From IMG/VR virus record IMGVR_UViG_3300036861_000330, positions 1-64,000 of that record: DNA of 64,000 bases, one strand, 5' to 3'. The notes beneath the pieces were generated by a model. It was not told the origin of the DNA. It did not search any database and saw nothing but the letters and a program-made list of their open reading frames with translations. Every line of letters begins with the position of its first letter. Positions within the stretch are counted from its first letter, which is position 1. The translations under genes were made by a program, and so were the position numbers. This document shows, piece after piece, positions 10,901 through 22,217 of the stretch. The DNA comes from a virus.

Positions 10901-11341
10901 GTGGAAACAACAGAGAATATTGTCAAGTTCTGTGCCGAAGAGTGCACACGTCAGCAGTCAGGCGAAATGAGCGTCTGGCACATGTATAAGGCGTGGAAGT
11001 GGATGGAAGATGCATACCGTAAGCCGACAGATATTACGAGAGATCTTATCTTGTCGCTTGGCAAGATAGTCGAGCCGGTCAAGAACAGGAACGGGTTTCG
11101 TACCGTTGATGTTCGTGTTGGCTATGATATCAAAATGCCGTGGCAAGATGTCGAAGGCGTAATGAGCCGGTTCCTTTTCCTCGCGGTTGATACGTCGCCT
11201 GACGAATGGTTCAAGGAATTCGAAGAGATCCACCCATTTCGCGATGGCAATGGACGAGTCGGTGCTATCGTATGGAATTTCCTACGTGGCAGCGAGTATG
11301 ACCCAACACAAGCGCCAGATTTCTGGAATGAGTATGAGTAA
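10901..11341 (+). CDS. Fic/Doc family protein
   Basis: Fic motif HPFRDGNGRVG. Confidence 0.9.
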   Translation: METTENIVKFCAEECTRQQSGEMSVWHMYKAWKWMEDAYRKPTDITRDLILSLGKIVEPVKNRNGFRTVDVRVGYDIKMPWQDVEGVMSRFLFLAVDTSPDEWFKEFEEIHPFRDGNGRVGAIVWNFLRGSEYDPTQAPDFWNEYE

Positions 11342-11343
11342 CC

Positions 11344-11673
11344 ATGAGCATGGCACGTGGAGCGGCACTTGGTGAAGATGGCAACCTCTATATCGATGTG
11401 ACGGTTGCGTTTCGGTTGTCACTTTATGACCTTGCCGACGCTTTAGCAAAAAGCACACTTAATACCGACAAGGATCTCTCGTTTCGAGAAGCACTGTCAG
11501 AGATCGAGTATATCCTTTCCGCATATGGCGCTGACGTAATCGCCAACTGGAAGGACAACTACCTGGACAATGAAACCGATACGCGCAGTCGATGGGCCAA
11601 AAAACTCGTTCTCAAGCTCTTCGCGCATAAGTTCCCACAACAATCAGTTGATCAGTTCAAAAACAACTACTAA
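11344..11673 (+). CDS. Hypothetical protein
   Basis: 109 aa, in operon. Confidence 0.6.
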   Translation: MSMARGAALGEDGNLYIDVTVAFRLSLYDLADALAKSTLNTDKDLSFREALSEIEYILSAYGADVIANWKDNYLDNETDTRSRWAKKLVLKLFAHKFPQQSVDQFKNNY

Positions 11674-11691
11674 CGAAAAAAGGTAACTGAT

Positions 11692-12177
11692 ATGGTAACA
11701 GCAGTGGAGTCACCGATCGCTAACGTGACGATTGACGAGTTAGTTCGTGAGCCAGTCACGAAGGCACTAGAACTTATTGTAGAGTACGGTAGGCCGGATC
11801 TCGTTTCGATGATGAGTAAGTTACCAGGCGGTTGGCGAATTTACCAGTGTGGGCCTCCTGTCGCGAGGTGTGAAACGGAGGTCCAAGCTGTAACGGTAGC
11901 GTTTCTTGGAACAACCGTAGTAAATTTGGACAATATTCGTGGTGAAGCGAATCATCTACTCGTGGATTTCATTCCGCATCTGGCAGCGGTCCTTGTGCAT
12001 GAGTTCATGCACTTTACAACAAAGGGCGAAACCGAAACCGTTCCTATCATCATTTCAGCTCAGTTTTTGAACGGTATTCCTGGCCAAACGACACACGCGA
12101 TGTATATGTTGAGCCAGCTTAGCCAGCTCAAGCACAGTGGTGACTGGAAGTTTCAGCCGAACGAGGTAGTGGCATGA
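11692..12177 (+). CDS. Putative zinc metallopeptidase
   Basis: AAVLVHEFMH (HExxH). Confidence 0.55.
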   Translation: MVTAVESPIANVTIDELVREPVTKALELIVEYGRPDLVSMMSKLPGGWRIYQCGPPVARCETEVQAVTVAFLGTTVVNLDNIRGEANHLLVDFIPHLAAVLVHEFMHFTTKGETETVPIIISAQFLNGIPGQTTHAMYMLSQLSQLKHSGDWKFQPNEVVA

Positions 12178-13556
12178 ACAAGGGATTACAGTACTTATAC
12201 CAAAAAGAACGTAGTAAAGGCTTGCCGGCACGGATCGCACTGTCATATGCATGGTCAGTATATGGGCCAGTGCTGGGCTGCTGCGACAGTGCTCTGGACT
12301 GCGATTTGTGGTGCAGCAGCGCTTGGAGATTACTGAGATGGACCCAAGTAAGCTTGACTACGTTGGCGTTCCACTCTGGCGATATGTCGAGATGGAAAAG
12401 CCATACGTGGTTGTTGATACAAAGGATGTCGAACCAGGCGAGCAGTGCCCAGTACTTGGGTGGTTTGATACCGAACAGGAAGCGTCCGAGTTTATTGGTA
12501 CACTGCCAGAATACGAGACTGGACGGTACGGTCTCGATGGTCCACCAGATGACGTGTAGTGCATTAGCAAAGCGCAATTTTGGAAAGGGTGCTGGCCGCT
12601 GCAATGCAGAACTGCGCAACGGCCAGTGCCCAAATGCCAGTAACCACGTGACCAATAAGTACACGGCAACCATTCGCGCGTACAGAAATGAGCTTAAGAA
12701 AGCGTTTTCCAGGAGGTAAAATGTATGCGAACGTTGACGTGATTGTAGAAGGCGCACTGGACAGCTACCTTGTTTTCGATAGCCAGCACGCCCTTGACGA
12801 GTACATAGAGCTGTCGATCAATGATGCAAAAGCAAATGCGTTGCACATGGAGATCTATGTGCAGTGGCATGACCACGAAATGACGCATGAGGAATGTGCG
12901 TGTGCACAGTACGAGATGAACCACCACCCGTACGCAACCTACTGCCCAAAAGAGAAATGCCAGTGAGTACCAACGTCACGGCGCAAAGCGAAATTCCTGA
13001 CGCACCCTACTACGTACTGTCCAATGACACGTTCATGAGCGGTTGGGGTCTGGCGAAAGGAAAGACCAACACACTGATCTTTCCGTGCGAGACTCGTGAG
13101 GAAGCGGAAACCGTACGAGAGAACGCATTGTACAGGACGGATCAAAAGCGTGTACGAGTTCTCGTGCGCAAGCCACAACTGCGGACAAGCAGAGTCTATT
13201 ACTCACTAACGGATCGTGAGGAAGCAGAGGCGTGGTACACGCCAGGCGCATGGAAGGACTACGAGTAATGGACGCAACAACGGTTGGCATCATTTGTGTA
13301 CTTGTTGTTATTATTCTACATGGTATGTATAGAGATTTTGGTGAGAAATAATAATGGTCATTATCGTCATTGCAGTCCTTGTCTTGTGGGCAGTCGGGTA
13401 CGCAGCCAACAAGATTAGCATTGCAATTGCAGCAGGCAAGTCAGGCACAAAGCCACGTGACATTCGTAAGGCACGCGCGATCAAGCACGAGCTGAAAGGC
13501 AGCATCAAATGACGCTTGCCTGGTGGTTATGTGCAGTGTTCTACGAATAGCACCAG

Positions 13557-13629
13557 TCCGACGTAGCTCAGTGGAAAGAGCAGTGGTTTCCTAAGCCATA
13601 TGTCGCAGGTTCAATTCCTGCCGTCGGAA
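13557..13629 (+). tRNA. tRNA-Arg(CCT)
   Basis: Cloverleaf, TTCCTAA loop. Confidence 0.9.
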
Positions 13630-13808
13630 CAAGGGAAGCAACGCACCAAGAAGAGTTGTGCCGTGGTCACACCAAACCCGTCATGACAAGACTAAGTGCG
13701 TTGCTTCCCACAATGCTCGTAGGGGCAAGTTGAAATAACTACGTCCGGATTAGCGACGTTAAACTACACACCCCCCTACGAGCCCCCTAATGCCCACAGG
13801 GGTGGCAG

Positions 13809-13881
13809 TCCGAGGTAGCACAACTGGCGGTGCAGCGCGCTGTTAACGCGACGGTTGCGAGTTCGAACCTCGCCCTCGGAG
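13809..13881 (+). tRNA. tRNA-Asn(GTT)
   Basis: Cloverleaf, CTGTTAA loop. Confidence 0.9.
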
Positions 13882-14127
13882 CACAAAGGAAAGGACGGCA
13901 CAAAAACAAATGCCAACACCAGCACAACGTCTGCAAGAGATCCTTGGCGACGACGAACTAACCGACAAAGATACGCTGACATACACGTGGGACCACGGCT
14001 ACGAAGTGGTGACAGTAACCCACAGTGGCGGTGGTAAACTGGAATACCGAGGCGTGTTCCACCCAGATGGTGTCTGCGAAGGCAATCCATGTCACCACTG
14101 TGGAAAAGCGTTTTACGAGTAACGTGG

Positions 14128-14200
14128 TCCGGCGTAGCTCAATGGAGAGAGCACCTGTTTCCTAAACAGGAGGTTACGGGTTCAAATCCCGTCGTCGGAG
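14128..14200 (+). tRNA. tRNA-Arg(CCT), second copy
   Basis: Cloverleaf, TTCCTAA loop. Confidence 0.9.
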
Positions 14201-15012
14201 CGGTGGCAGCCAACCGAAAAACAGGAGCTACGAACCTGTAAGTAGGTTGTCGTCTGAGCATGCCCGATACCGTAGCTGCCACGCGGTGCAGTATTCGGGT
14301 AATCGGCCTAGCGTAGAGGGCCGTGCTAGTGGATGACGCGGAGCGGGATGGCATAAACCCGCTTGTCTAGCGGTGCCAGATGAACGCAGTGATGCGTCAA
14401 TTGCTAGTGGGGAAGGCGGAGCGACAGCCGGTGAAGTAGTTCCAGCGCTTCGCCTTCCCTCTTCTCCTACAACTACAGGACGGCACAAATGTCAGAGGCA
14501 ATAAACGGAAAAACATTTGGTGCAGAATGGGGAAGCTATGAACGACATTCGACATGAGTTCAAACGCGGTGACAAACGGGTCGGTGAGGAAAAGGTCGCT
14601 GAGATTCAACAGGCAGCGGCGCGGTACTGGAACAGAACACAGCAACAAGAACTTGATGAGCTAGGACGGCTTAGTGAAAAGCTTGGCCTCTCCGAAGAAA
14701 CCGTGACACGGATTTGGTACCGAGCACTAACCCTTATGCAATAGGACGGCGAAATGACAACGACAAACGGCAAGCGACTCGCAATTGTACCAGTCTACGT
14801 ACTCGGACCACACTGCCACAGAATCAAGCGACGGTTTGTAACCCAAAAGCGTCCCATTCGGTACCGAATCACCTACACCGTGCGAGGCTAGTACAGTGGC
14901 AACGGCAACAAACATAAAGATCACAATTCTTATGCAGTAGGACGGCACAAAAACAAGCTCTCCACATAGGACGGCACAAAAACAAGCTTTCCACAAACGA
15001 CCACAGGGGCAA

Positions 15013-15054
15013 GGCGCCTATGGAGCCACGAAAATCTATTGTAGCAACGGCGCC
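15013..15054 (+). repeat. TIGR-like single unit
   Basis: GGCGCCT-atggagcca-CGAAAATCT-attgtagcaa-CGGCGCC. Confidence 0.8.
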
Positions 15055-16530
15055 GTTTACAACTACATAGCCCAGACTAGGAATCTCCCACAGTGCACTG
15101 TTTGGGCAAAATATGGGTGACACACAAAAAGACCAAGAGCGTCTCGCCCACCACACTGCCCCTGTGGTCGCTTGTGGAAAGCGAAAGGACGGCACAAAAA
15201 CAAATGCCGCAAGGAGTAAATACGAACTTCCGAATTGAAACCGTAACGGGTGAGGATCACCCATATACAAATAAACACTACAAGATTCACCATACTGGTA
15301 AGATAGATGTAAATGGCCACCGAAACACAGGGACAGATCTTCTTACTGTCTATACACCTGAGAATGTCCCTGTCGCAGAGTATGTCCTGCTCAATATCAC
15401 AAGGATCGTGTACTGATGGAAACACCTGAGCACAATATTGTGCTACTGCCAAATCTCGGTATTGAGGATCTCGGTATTGAGGATAACGACAGTGGAATCG
15501 ACTGGGGTCTTGACCCTGAAGACCAAGATCCGTTTGATGGCCCACGGAAAGACGAAGACTGGGTATGAACGACATGAACTGCGAGATTTGCGGTGCTGAC
15601 ATCCTTGGCGTAAATAAAGTATCCGTGAGTCTTGTGACTTGGGACCCAGAAATAAAAACGAATGAGCTTAACACAATTGCATGCTCCGTTGAGCATGTCA
15701 TGGAAATAGTGAAGCGGGAAAGGAGGTGAAGTCGGCAATGGCACTGCAAGAACGGTTCACAGTTGTCCAGGACAGTCGGTACGGGTACCCTGGAAAGCCA
15801 GACCCGCAGTACGAGCATGCGCTTGAGGTTCGACGGGTCACGTTTAAGTACGAAAAGGACCGGGTGGTTAGGGCAAATGGTCTGATCTTTCCAGACTATG
15901 CTATGGCACGTATGTATGCAGAGAAGGAAATGCAGCAGCTTAAGGATGGCATGCCCGGAAGATTTGCGAATGAGCGAGTGGATGGGCTTCGCATTTACGT
16001 ACCTACGAACGACCCACGGGTGGTGACTCCACTCGAACACGCAATCTAAGCTTATTTGTGGACGATGTGACAAGCCGTCAACACTTATAGGACACTACAT
16101 GCAATGGTGTTATGCTCGTGGGGCATTTCTTGATTACCATTTCTGCTGTCCAGATGATTGTGAAGTATATGTGGATCGACAGGTAAAGAAATAACGGAGT
16201 GAAGGTCGTGACCTTCACTCCTTTATTTGGTTACTACAGGTCCAAAGGATATAATAGTGGGATGCACAATTTGCGGCAGCATCGCATCAAGGAAAGTGGA
16301 AGTTGAAGGGAAATGGATTTGTAGTGCCAGAAAGACATGCAATCGCCGTGCACGCAAGCGCGAAATCTCCGCGCCAGGAACAGTTCCTCAGTTTAAAGGT
16401 ATGATAATGTGCCATGAGTGTTTTGAGCATTATCATCCAAGCGAAAGAGAGGGCCATGTTCGTACGGCTGCGCATAAGAAGGGGGAACTACTTGTCCGAA
16501 AGATCATAGCGGGAGGAAGTTGATCCAACA

Positions 16531-16809
16531 ATGGATGAACAAAATACGCAGCAACCACAGAAGCCGTACTTACGTGGCAGTGAGGTTGCGGCAGTGCTTG
16601 GCTGCACACCAGGGACGGTAGCAAGATACGCACAGCGGGGGACGCTTCCGTCCATTCGCACGCTAGGTGGGCATCGTCGGTATCCAACGAAATTTATTTA
16701 TCGAGTTCGTGATGAGCTTTCTAAAGACTATGCATTTCGTCGCACGCTTGATGAGGCACTACTTGCCCTTCGAGAAGAAGAATCCATTGCAAGAGTGGAG
16801 GAACTCTAG
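16531..16809 (+). CDS. BldC-like MerR/Xis helix-turn-helix regulator
   Basis: LRGSEVAAVLGCTPGTVARYAQRGTLPSIRTLGGHRRY matches the BldC signature SIRTLGGHRRY. Confidence 0.85.
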   Translation: MDEQNTQQPQKPYLRGSEVAAVLGCTPGTVARYAQRGTLPSIRTLGGHRRYPTKFIYRVRDELSKDYAFRRTLDEALLALREEESIARVEEL

Positions 16810-17097
16810 CCATATGGATTATATCACGATTGTTTGTACTGATGGTGACGGCGACGAAACGTTTAAACAACGGTTTCCGCTTGTTGGTGGAAATATTACC
16901 GTCCAGCTTGGCAAGATTCATTTCGTGAGCTTCTCCCGCATCGACGTGATCACGGAAATGGACGAATACAAGCCACAGCTCAGCTTTGATGAGGTTCCTG
17001 GGCGTTATCCAGGGAAAATGGCCCGTGATGATGTGACCGAGACTGGTAGCTGGGCGAGCGACCAAAAAACAAAAGACCTAGCCCGTAAGCAAGACAA

Positions 17098-17430
17098 ATG
17101 ACTCGGAAACTATTTGTGATGGTCGCGTTTGTACTCGTGTTAGTTGGGTGTGGGCCATCGGTTACTAGCGGCACTATTGTTAAAAAGACGTTCATTGCTG
17201 CACATTACGACGAATACACGACCTACTACTGCATGATGCGCAGTCAAACCGGTGGGTGTATGGTGCAAGTTCCTGAGAACCATCGGGACTTTGTGCCAGA
17301 TAACTGGCGGGTTGTATTGCGTGCGAACTGTGAGAAACCAGACCACAGGAAATGTCCTCAAGACTGGCATTCCGTCGATCATGCGACCTATGACCGGCTT
17401 GAAATTGGTTCACAATGGGAAGTACGGTAA
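17098..17430 (+). CDS. Putative lipoprotein
   Basis: Signal peptide with LVGC lipobox. Confidence 0.7.
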   Translation: MTRKLFVMVAFVLVLVGCGPSVTSGTIVKKTFIAAHYDEYTTYYCMMRSQTGGCMVQVPENHRDFVPDNWRVVLRANCEKPDHRKCPQDWHSVDHATYDRLEIGSQWEVR

Positions 17431-17641
17431 AACAAGGGGAAGCTGCGCCATACGTGAGCACGGCGCCTGAGTCAGGCACGAGAGTCTGATCCATGATCGG
17501 CGCCAAATGTAACAACTTGGTAACGACAGACAGTGGTGGCTATGTGGGAATGGACGTGGCGGGATCTGTGTTATAATGAGTAGAACACGGAGAACGGGAA
17601 GCCAGAAGGGGCTCCCGCCGCGTACAGAAAGGGACCAGGCC

Positions 17642-18034
17642 ATGACCCAAAACGCTTTTTGGGAAAACGCCACCGAACTGACCGAGGATGAGGTCGAAGA
17701 GATCAAGTCCGCGCCGGCCGGGACGCGCAGCTACAGCGAGAGCATGCTGAACGCCTTCCTTGAGAAGGGCACGCAGGGTGCGTGGCTGCCGGCCACCGCA
17801 CTTGGCACCACCAGCAAAGGCGCCGAGCGTGGCGCTGCAACCACCGCGCAGTTGCTCACCTCGTACGCTGAGTCGCACAACCTGCCCGTGAACGTGAAGC
17901 GTCACTACGAGAACGGCCTCGATGGTGTTGCGTTCTACCGGGTCGAGCGAGTCGGCGAGCCTGAGCCGCCAAAGCGTAGGGGCCGTCGCAAGAACGCTGA
18001 CGTTGTTGCCGAGGTCACGCCCGAAGTGGAGTAA
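17642..18034 (+). CDS. Hypothetical protein with its own promoter and terminator
   Basis: TGTGTTATAAT extended -10 at ~17567-17577, GAAAGGGA SD, hairpin at 18068-18092. Confidence 0.7.
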   Translation: MTQNAFWENATELTEDEVEEIKSAPAGTRSYSESMLNAFLEKGTQGAWLPATALGTTSKGAERGAATTAQLLTSYAESHNLPVNVKRHYENGLDGVAFYRVERVGEPEPPKRRGRRKNADVVAEVTPEVE

Positions 18035-18976
18035 CTGAACACAACAAACAAATAGGGAAAGAAATTCAGAAGGGCCGGATTTCCGGCCCTTCTCCCTATT
18101 GGAGCCTGTATTGAGAGATACCATCTTAGGGGTTATCTACCTCACAACTGCAATGGCAATTTTCTACACTGGCTGGTCAGAACGAAAGACTGCGTGGTTG
18201 CTTCGCAAAGCAGGAGTTCACCCACCAGCAATTTGGCCGACCTATCTGCTTCAGCTCGTTGCGACTGGTATCGCGATCGTGGCGGTTGGACTGCTCATCG
18301 ACAATGTAAAGAGATAATCGACATGCTTGCAGAAAAGTACATCGTTGTCCAAGACCTAACACTCTACTATGTCGCTGTCTGGGACCAGGGGCCTGAGATC
18401 TATAAGAGGTATATGACACTGCACGGACAACCATCACTTGACGAGGCGAAACAGATCGCGTCATTTCTCAATCTCAACGCCAAAGAAACTACAAAGGAAA
18501 CCGAAGAACGTGACTAAAAAGACAGTAGAACAGCTTAAGACAGAAGTTGAACAGCTTCTCGACAGCCTTCCGTCAACACCTGAAGCTATTGCCGAGTTTC
18601 TTGTGCGCGAAGGTGTTCAAGGGGTTAGGCGATCGCCTTATGACTGCCCCCTTATCAATTGGCTCAAGGCCAAGACCGAATACCCACTCCTTCGCGCCGA
18701 TGAGTTTGACGTTATGATCGAGTTTGGTGTGTACGTCAGCATACCAGAACGTGGTAGGGAGTTCATCCACCGGTTTGATGCGTTAGACGACAACTTTGCA
18801 CCAGAACTTGTTGCGTCTGTAACGAGCCCATAGAGCTACGAGTGCAGCACAGAAAAGGACGGGCTAGTGATACGGGCACCCTAACTAGATAACGATTTCC
18901 GTAAAACCCAAACGAATAAAAGGAAACTCTTTTGCCAACGTTTAGCACTCCTTCCGTAAGGACTAACCGAATGAGA

Positions 18977-19363
18977 ATGAACCCAGTAATGATTCGCCAG
19001 GGCGATGTCCTGCTCGTGCCAGCCAAACGGCAACCTGGCACACTCAAGGAAGTTAAGCACGACAATGGTAGTGTGGTGCTTGCTTATGGTGAGCAGACTG
19101 GCCACGCACACAAGATCAATGCCAACAGCGGCGTAGCACTGCTTGAGCGTAAACTCGTCGCGACAAGTGGCCAGCACACGGACCAGCGCTTTTTGCAGGT
19201 GCTCACTGAAGGTGGTGTCAAGCTCACCCACGAGGAGCATGCAGCGGTTACCGTGCCACCTGGTTTTTATGAAGTACGGATGCAGCGTGAGTACACGACT
19301 ACCGATCTCAGGGAACGCGGTGCGTTGAGGAGTCACACTCGGCCACGGTTCTTTGTTGACTAA
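18977..19363 (+). CDS. Conserved hypothetical protein (RQGDV family)
   Basis: MIRQGDVLLVP...LAYGEQTGHAH...THEEH...QREY. Confidence 0.75.
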   Translation: MNPVMIRQGDVLLVPAKRQPGTLKEVKHDNGSVVLAYGEQTGHAHKINANSGVALLERKLVATSGQHTDQRFLQVLTEGGVKLTHEEHAAVTVPPGFYEVRMQREYTTTDLRERGALRSHTRPRFFVD

Positions 19364-19372
19364 CAACGGACT

Positions 19373-19867
19373 GTGGACTCTTCTAGCAATTTTCTAGCAA
19401 TTTGGATTATTGTAGCAATTTGGATTATTCTAACAGTTTGTGTCTTCGTACATGTAGTTGTAGTCAACTTGCCTAATTTAGCAATTTGGGCCGTCCGGTC
19501 TATTTTCCTGCCACAACCATTCACAGTTGAGTGGCAACGTCATGGTCTGCTCTATCATGCGACGAGACAGCGAAGTGAAACCAGTCCAGCGAACGAACAA
19601 TATTTCCTCGATACAATGGGCGTTGGCCCGTATTTAGTAAAATATGGTTCACTGCATTACTCCGACTTGACTGGCCAGCTTTGGAGTTCCCGGCGATTTC
19701 CAGGTCGAAATGAACCAATCGTCGCCGTCCGTGTCATCGATACGACAACCAACGAAGTGCACTGGCTACGAGTTCCACCAGAGTTTCGACGAAACAGCCC
19801 ACGCGCTGCGGTTGCGTGGACATTTCGGATGGAACGGGGGGACTATTACCCAGCAGTCGAAGCATAA
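19373..19867 (+). CDS. DUF6745-like protein
   Basis: C-terminal HWLRVPP...AAVAWTF...YYPAVEA. Confidence 0.6.
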   Translation: MDSSSNFLAIWIIVAIWIILTVCVFVHVVVVNLPNLAIWAVRSIFLPQPFTVEWQRHGLLYHATRQRSETSPANEQYFLDTMGVGPYLVKYGSLHYSDLTGQLWSSRRFPGRNEPIVAVRVIDTTTNEVHWLRVPPEFRRNSPRAAVAWTFRMERGDYYPAVEA

Positions 19868-19927
19868 CAACAATGGCGTCTAGATATCGTACGAAAATCT
19901 TAGATAGTGTCGGCGCCTACTAGAAAT

Positions 19928-20000
19928 GCGCCAGTAGTTCAGTGGATAGAACGCCGCGCTACGGACGCGGAGGGCGGGGGTTCGAATCCCTCCTGGCGTA
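19928..20000 (+). tRNA. tRNA-Arg(ACG)
   Basis: Cloverleaf. Confidence 0.92.
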
Positions 20001-20135
20001 CGGTTGGGTAGGCTGTAAAAATGGGGCACACACTGTGTCACTACTATAGGCGCCTTGTGGAGCCACGAAAATCTATTGATGGGACGGCGCCTAACAGATA
20101 GTCGAGTATCTGAATGGATAGCGGCGCTCAGAACT

Positions 20136-20209
20136 GCGATCGTTGGTTAACGGATAAACCACCAGTCTTCTAAACTGGGCATATGTGGGTTCGAGTCCCA
20201 CCGATCGCA
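20136..20209 (+). tRNA. tRNA-Arg(TCT)
   Basis: Cloverleaf. Confidence 0.9.
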
Positions 20210-20412
20210 CGGTGCAACGGTGTTACTTGTCTGGTTGGCGCTCGTACAGGCCGTAATTTGCGATCTAGCACCGTTGCATCACCTGGCACAGGGAGAGGAC
20301 TTTCCGCGGCGCTTTCACAGGCCATACTACAAGTTGCACTCTCCCTGTGCCATCAACCTATCGGCGCCTATTACATGAGCGAAAATCTGCGATCTCCGCG
20401 GCGGCAACAATT

Positions 20413-20483
20413 GCGGTTGTAGGTTAACGGTAAACTATCTGTCTTCCAAACAGAAATTGCGGGTTCGATTCCCGCCAACCGTA
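20413..20483 (+). tRNA. tRNA-Gly(TCC)
   Basis: Cloverleaf. Confidence 0.9.
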
Positions 20484-20693
20484 CAATGGCCATACAAATA
20501 AATGGTGAACAGTGAGACCACTCACGATGACCACCATACTCTAATTCATGGCCAGATCCGAGTTTTTTGACGGCTCTGAGTTTACTCGGACATCAAATAA
20601 AACCATAGCCAAAGGTTTTCTTGTAATGGTTCCTTATAAACCCTTACACGGGTACTTTGGCAGTTTCTCCCGATACCAAGGAAACTGCCACTA

Positions 20694-20769
20694 CGGGGCG
20701 TCGTCTAGGTTGGCCTAAGACGCAGGGCTCATAATCCTGTCATCGTGGGTTCGAATCCCACCGCCCCCA
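20694..20769 (+). tRNA. tRNA-fMet(CAT)
   Basis: CAT anticodon, C1 mismatch, GGG in anticodon stem. Confidence 0.85.
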
Positions 20770-20847
20770 CGAAGGTAACGGATCGGTTGGTAATGAGGAG
20801 GTGGTAATAATGACACTATAGGTATTGCCTCACTGTAGGAGAACAGC

Positions 20848-21174
20848 ATGGCGCTCAAGGAAAAACGGCTTTATTATCTTCGCAAGTTCCTCAACCGCCC
20901 ACGCTACAGTGCTGGCGCGTTTATCATTGCTGAGGCGACTGAGCAACGCTGGGAGCACAAGACAAAGCGAGGACAGCGAGAAGAAAAAACACTACAAGTT
21001 GTCCTCGAAATCGCAGACTGTTACCATCACGTCAACCTGGAAATCGACACTAGTACGGTGCGAGAACGGACGAACGGCCTTCACAAGCTCGATGTTCTGA
21101 TAGAAACACTTACTGCACTTAGAAGTGCAGTAGAAAAGTGGTGCGTCGAGAACCCAACAAAAACTCGGCAATAA
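20848..21174 (+). CDS. Hypothetical protein
   Basis: AGGAG SD, 108 aa. Confidence 0.75.
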   Translation: MALKEKRLYYLRKFLNRPRYSAGAFIIAEATEQRWEHKTKRGQREEKTLQVVLEIADCYHHVNLEIDTSTVRERTNGLHKLDVLIETLTALRSAVEKWCVENPTKTRQ

Positions 21175-21180
21175 GTTTAT

Positions 21181-21259
21181 GGTGATCGTAGCTCAGTCTG
21201 GTTTAGAGCGCCTGGTTGTGATCCAGGAGGTCGGGGGTTCGAGTCCCCTCGGTCACCCA
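21181..21259 (+). tRNA. tRNA-His(GTG)
   Basis: Cloverleaf with G-1 and encoded CCA. Confidence 0.93.
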
Positions 21260-21308
21260 GTACCTCTTATAAGCAAGAAGAGCTACTTACAGAACTTCGT
21301 ATATGCAT

Positions 21309-21381
21309 GCCCACCTAGCTCAGTTGGCAGAGCAGTGTCTTCGTAATGCACAGGTCGTCGGTTCGATTCCGACGGTGGGCT
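21309..21381 (+). tRNA. tRNA-Thr(CGT)
   Basis: Cloverleaf. Confidence 0.9.
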
Positions 21382-21432
21382 CATGGCGCCTATCGGAGTT
21401 ACGAAAATCTGTAGGCATGTCGGCGCCAAAAC

Positions 21433-21504
21433 GGGCGTGTAGCTTAGCGGAAAAGCGCTTCGTTCACACCGAAGAGATCGCAGGTTCGAGTCCTGCCATG
21501 CCCA
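21433..21504 (+). tRNA. tRNA-Val(CAC)
   Basis: Cloverleaf. Confidence 0.92.
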
Positions 21505-21763
21505 CGAGGGGGAGAAATGCCAGAGCCGTACAAAATCCTTGGCGTCCCGAAGGAAGAGTGGGATCGAAAGGTAGCCGAGGCAGAAGCACGTGGCACCACT
21601 ACGTGTATAAATTGTGGCCATAAGCAGTACCGACGCCCACACCCCTGGCACTGCGGACTATGCTGGGTTTTGCAAACTGATTGTAGAGAATAACAAGCAA
21701 GGCCCCACGGGACACGGCGCCTATTACTGGAACTAAAAGATATACCCGCTGCGGCGCTGTACT

Positions 21764-21837
21764 GCCCACATAGCTCAATTGGTTAGAGCACCAGTTTTGT
21801 AAACTGGTGGTTGCGGGTTCGATTCCTGCTGTGGGCT
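21764..21837 (+). tRNA. tRNA-Thr(TGT)
   Basis: Cloverleaf. Confidence 0.92.
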
Positions 21838-21893
21838 CGAAGAATAATGGCGCCTGTTACGCTACGAATATCTAAGTCAAGTCGGCGTCAAAT

Positions 21894-21980
21894 GGCGGGT
21901 TGGCAGAGCGGACTATTGCACCTGTTTTGAAAACAGGCAGAGCCTAAAAACTCACGTGGGTTCAAATCCTACACCCGCCG
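21894..21980 (+). tRNA. tRNA-Ser(TGA)
   Basis: Cloverleaf with long variable arm. Confidence 0.9.
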
Positions 21981-22057
21981 CGAGGAGAGTGATGGGAACA
22001 CAGTGCATACGGCGCCTAAAGGTTAACGGGTGCTTCGTGGATTCGGCGCTGTGCAAA

Positions 22058-22129
22058 GGGCAATTAGCTCAGAGGTAGAGCGCTTCCTCGACACGGAAGA
22101 GGTCGAAGGTTCAAGTCCTTCATTGCCCA
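22058..22129 (+). tRNA. tRNA-Val(GAC)
   Basis: Cloverleaf. Confidence 0.92.
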
Positions 22130-22217
22130 CGACGGCGCCTATAACTTGCCCGAGACGCTGTACAAACGGCGGCGCCTACGCCAGCCACGGAAATCTATGG
22201 TAGAACCGGCGCCAAGT

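Larger units (their letters stand above)
13891..15208 (+). promoter_or_regulatory. Dispersed motif AGGACGGCACAAA(AACAA), about 6 copies
   Basis: Copies near 13892, 14477, 14743, 14939, 14968 and 15187; four lie directly before an ATG. Confidence 0.6.
19875..20405 (+). repeat. TIGR-like mini-arrays (19875-19918, 20049-20128, 20362-20405)
   Basis: 1, 2 and 1 units, each immediately 5' of a tRNA. Confidence 0.85.
21385..22213 (+). repeat. TIGR-like units between tRNAs (21385-21427, 21715-21758, 21849-21889, 22010-22050, 22133-22213)
   Basis: 1-2 units each, some degenerate. Confidence 0.8.

Noticed and set aside
15063-16073. 336-aa minus-strand ORF and other long antisense ORFs (43366, 54331, 57518)
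   Set aside because: They are shadows of + strand genes, with no motifs or SD.
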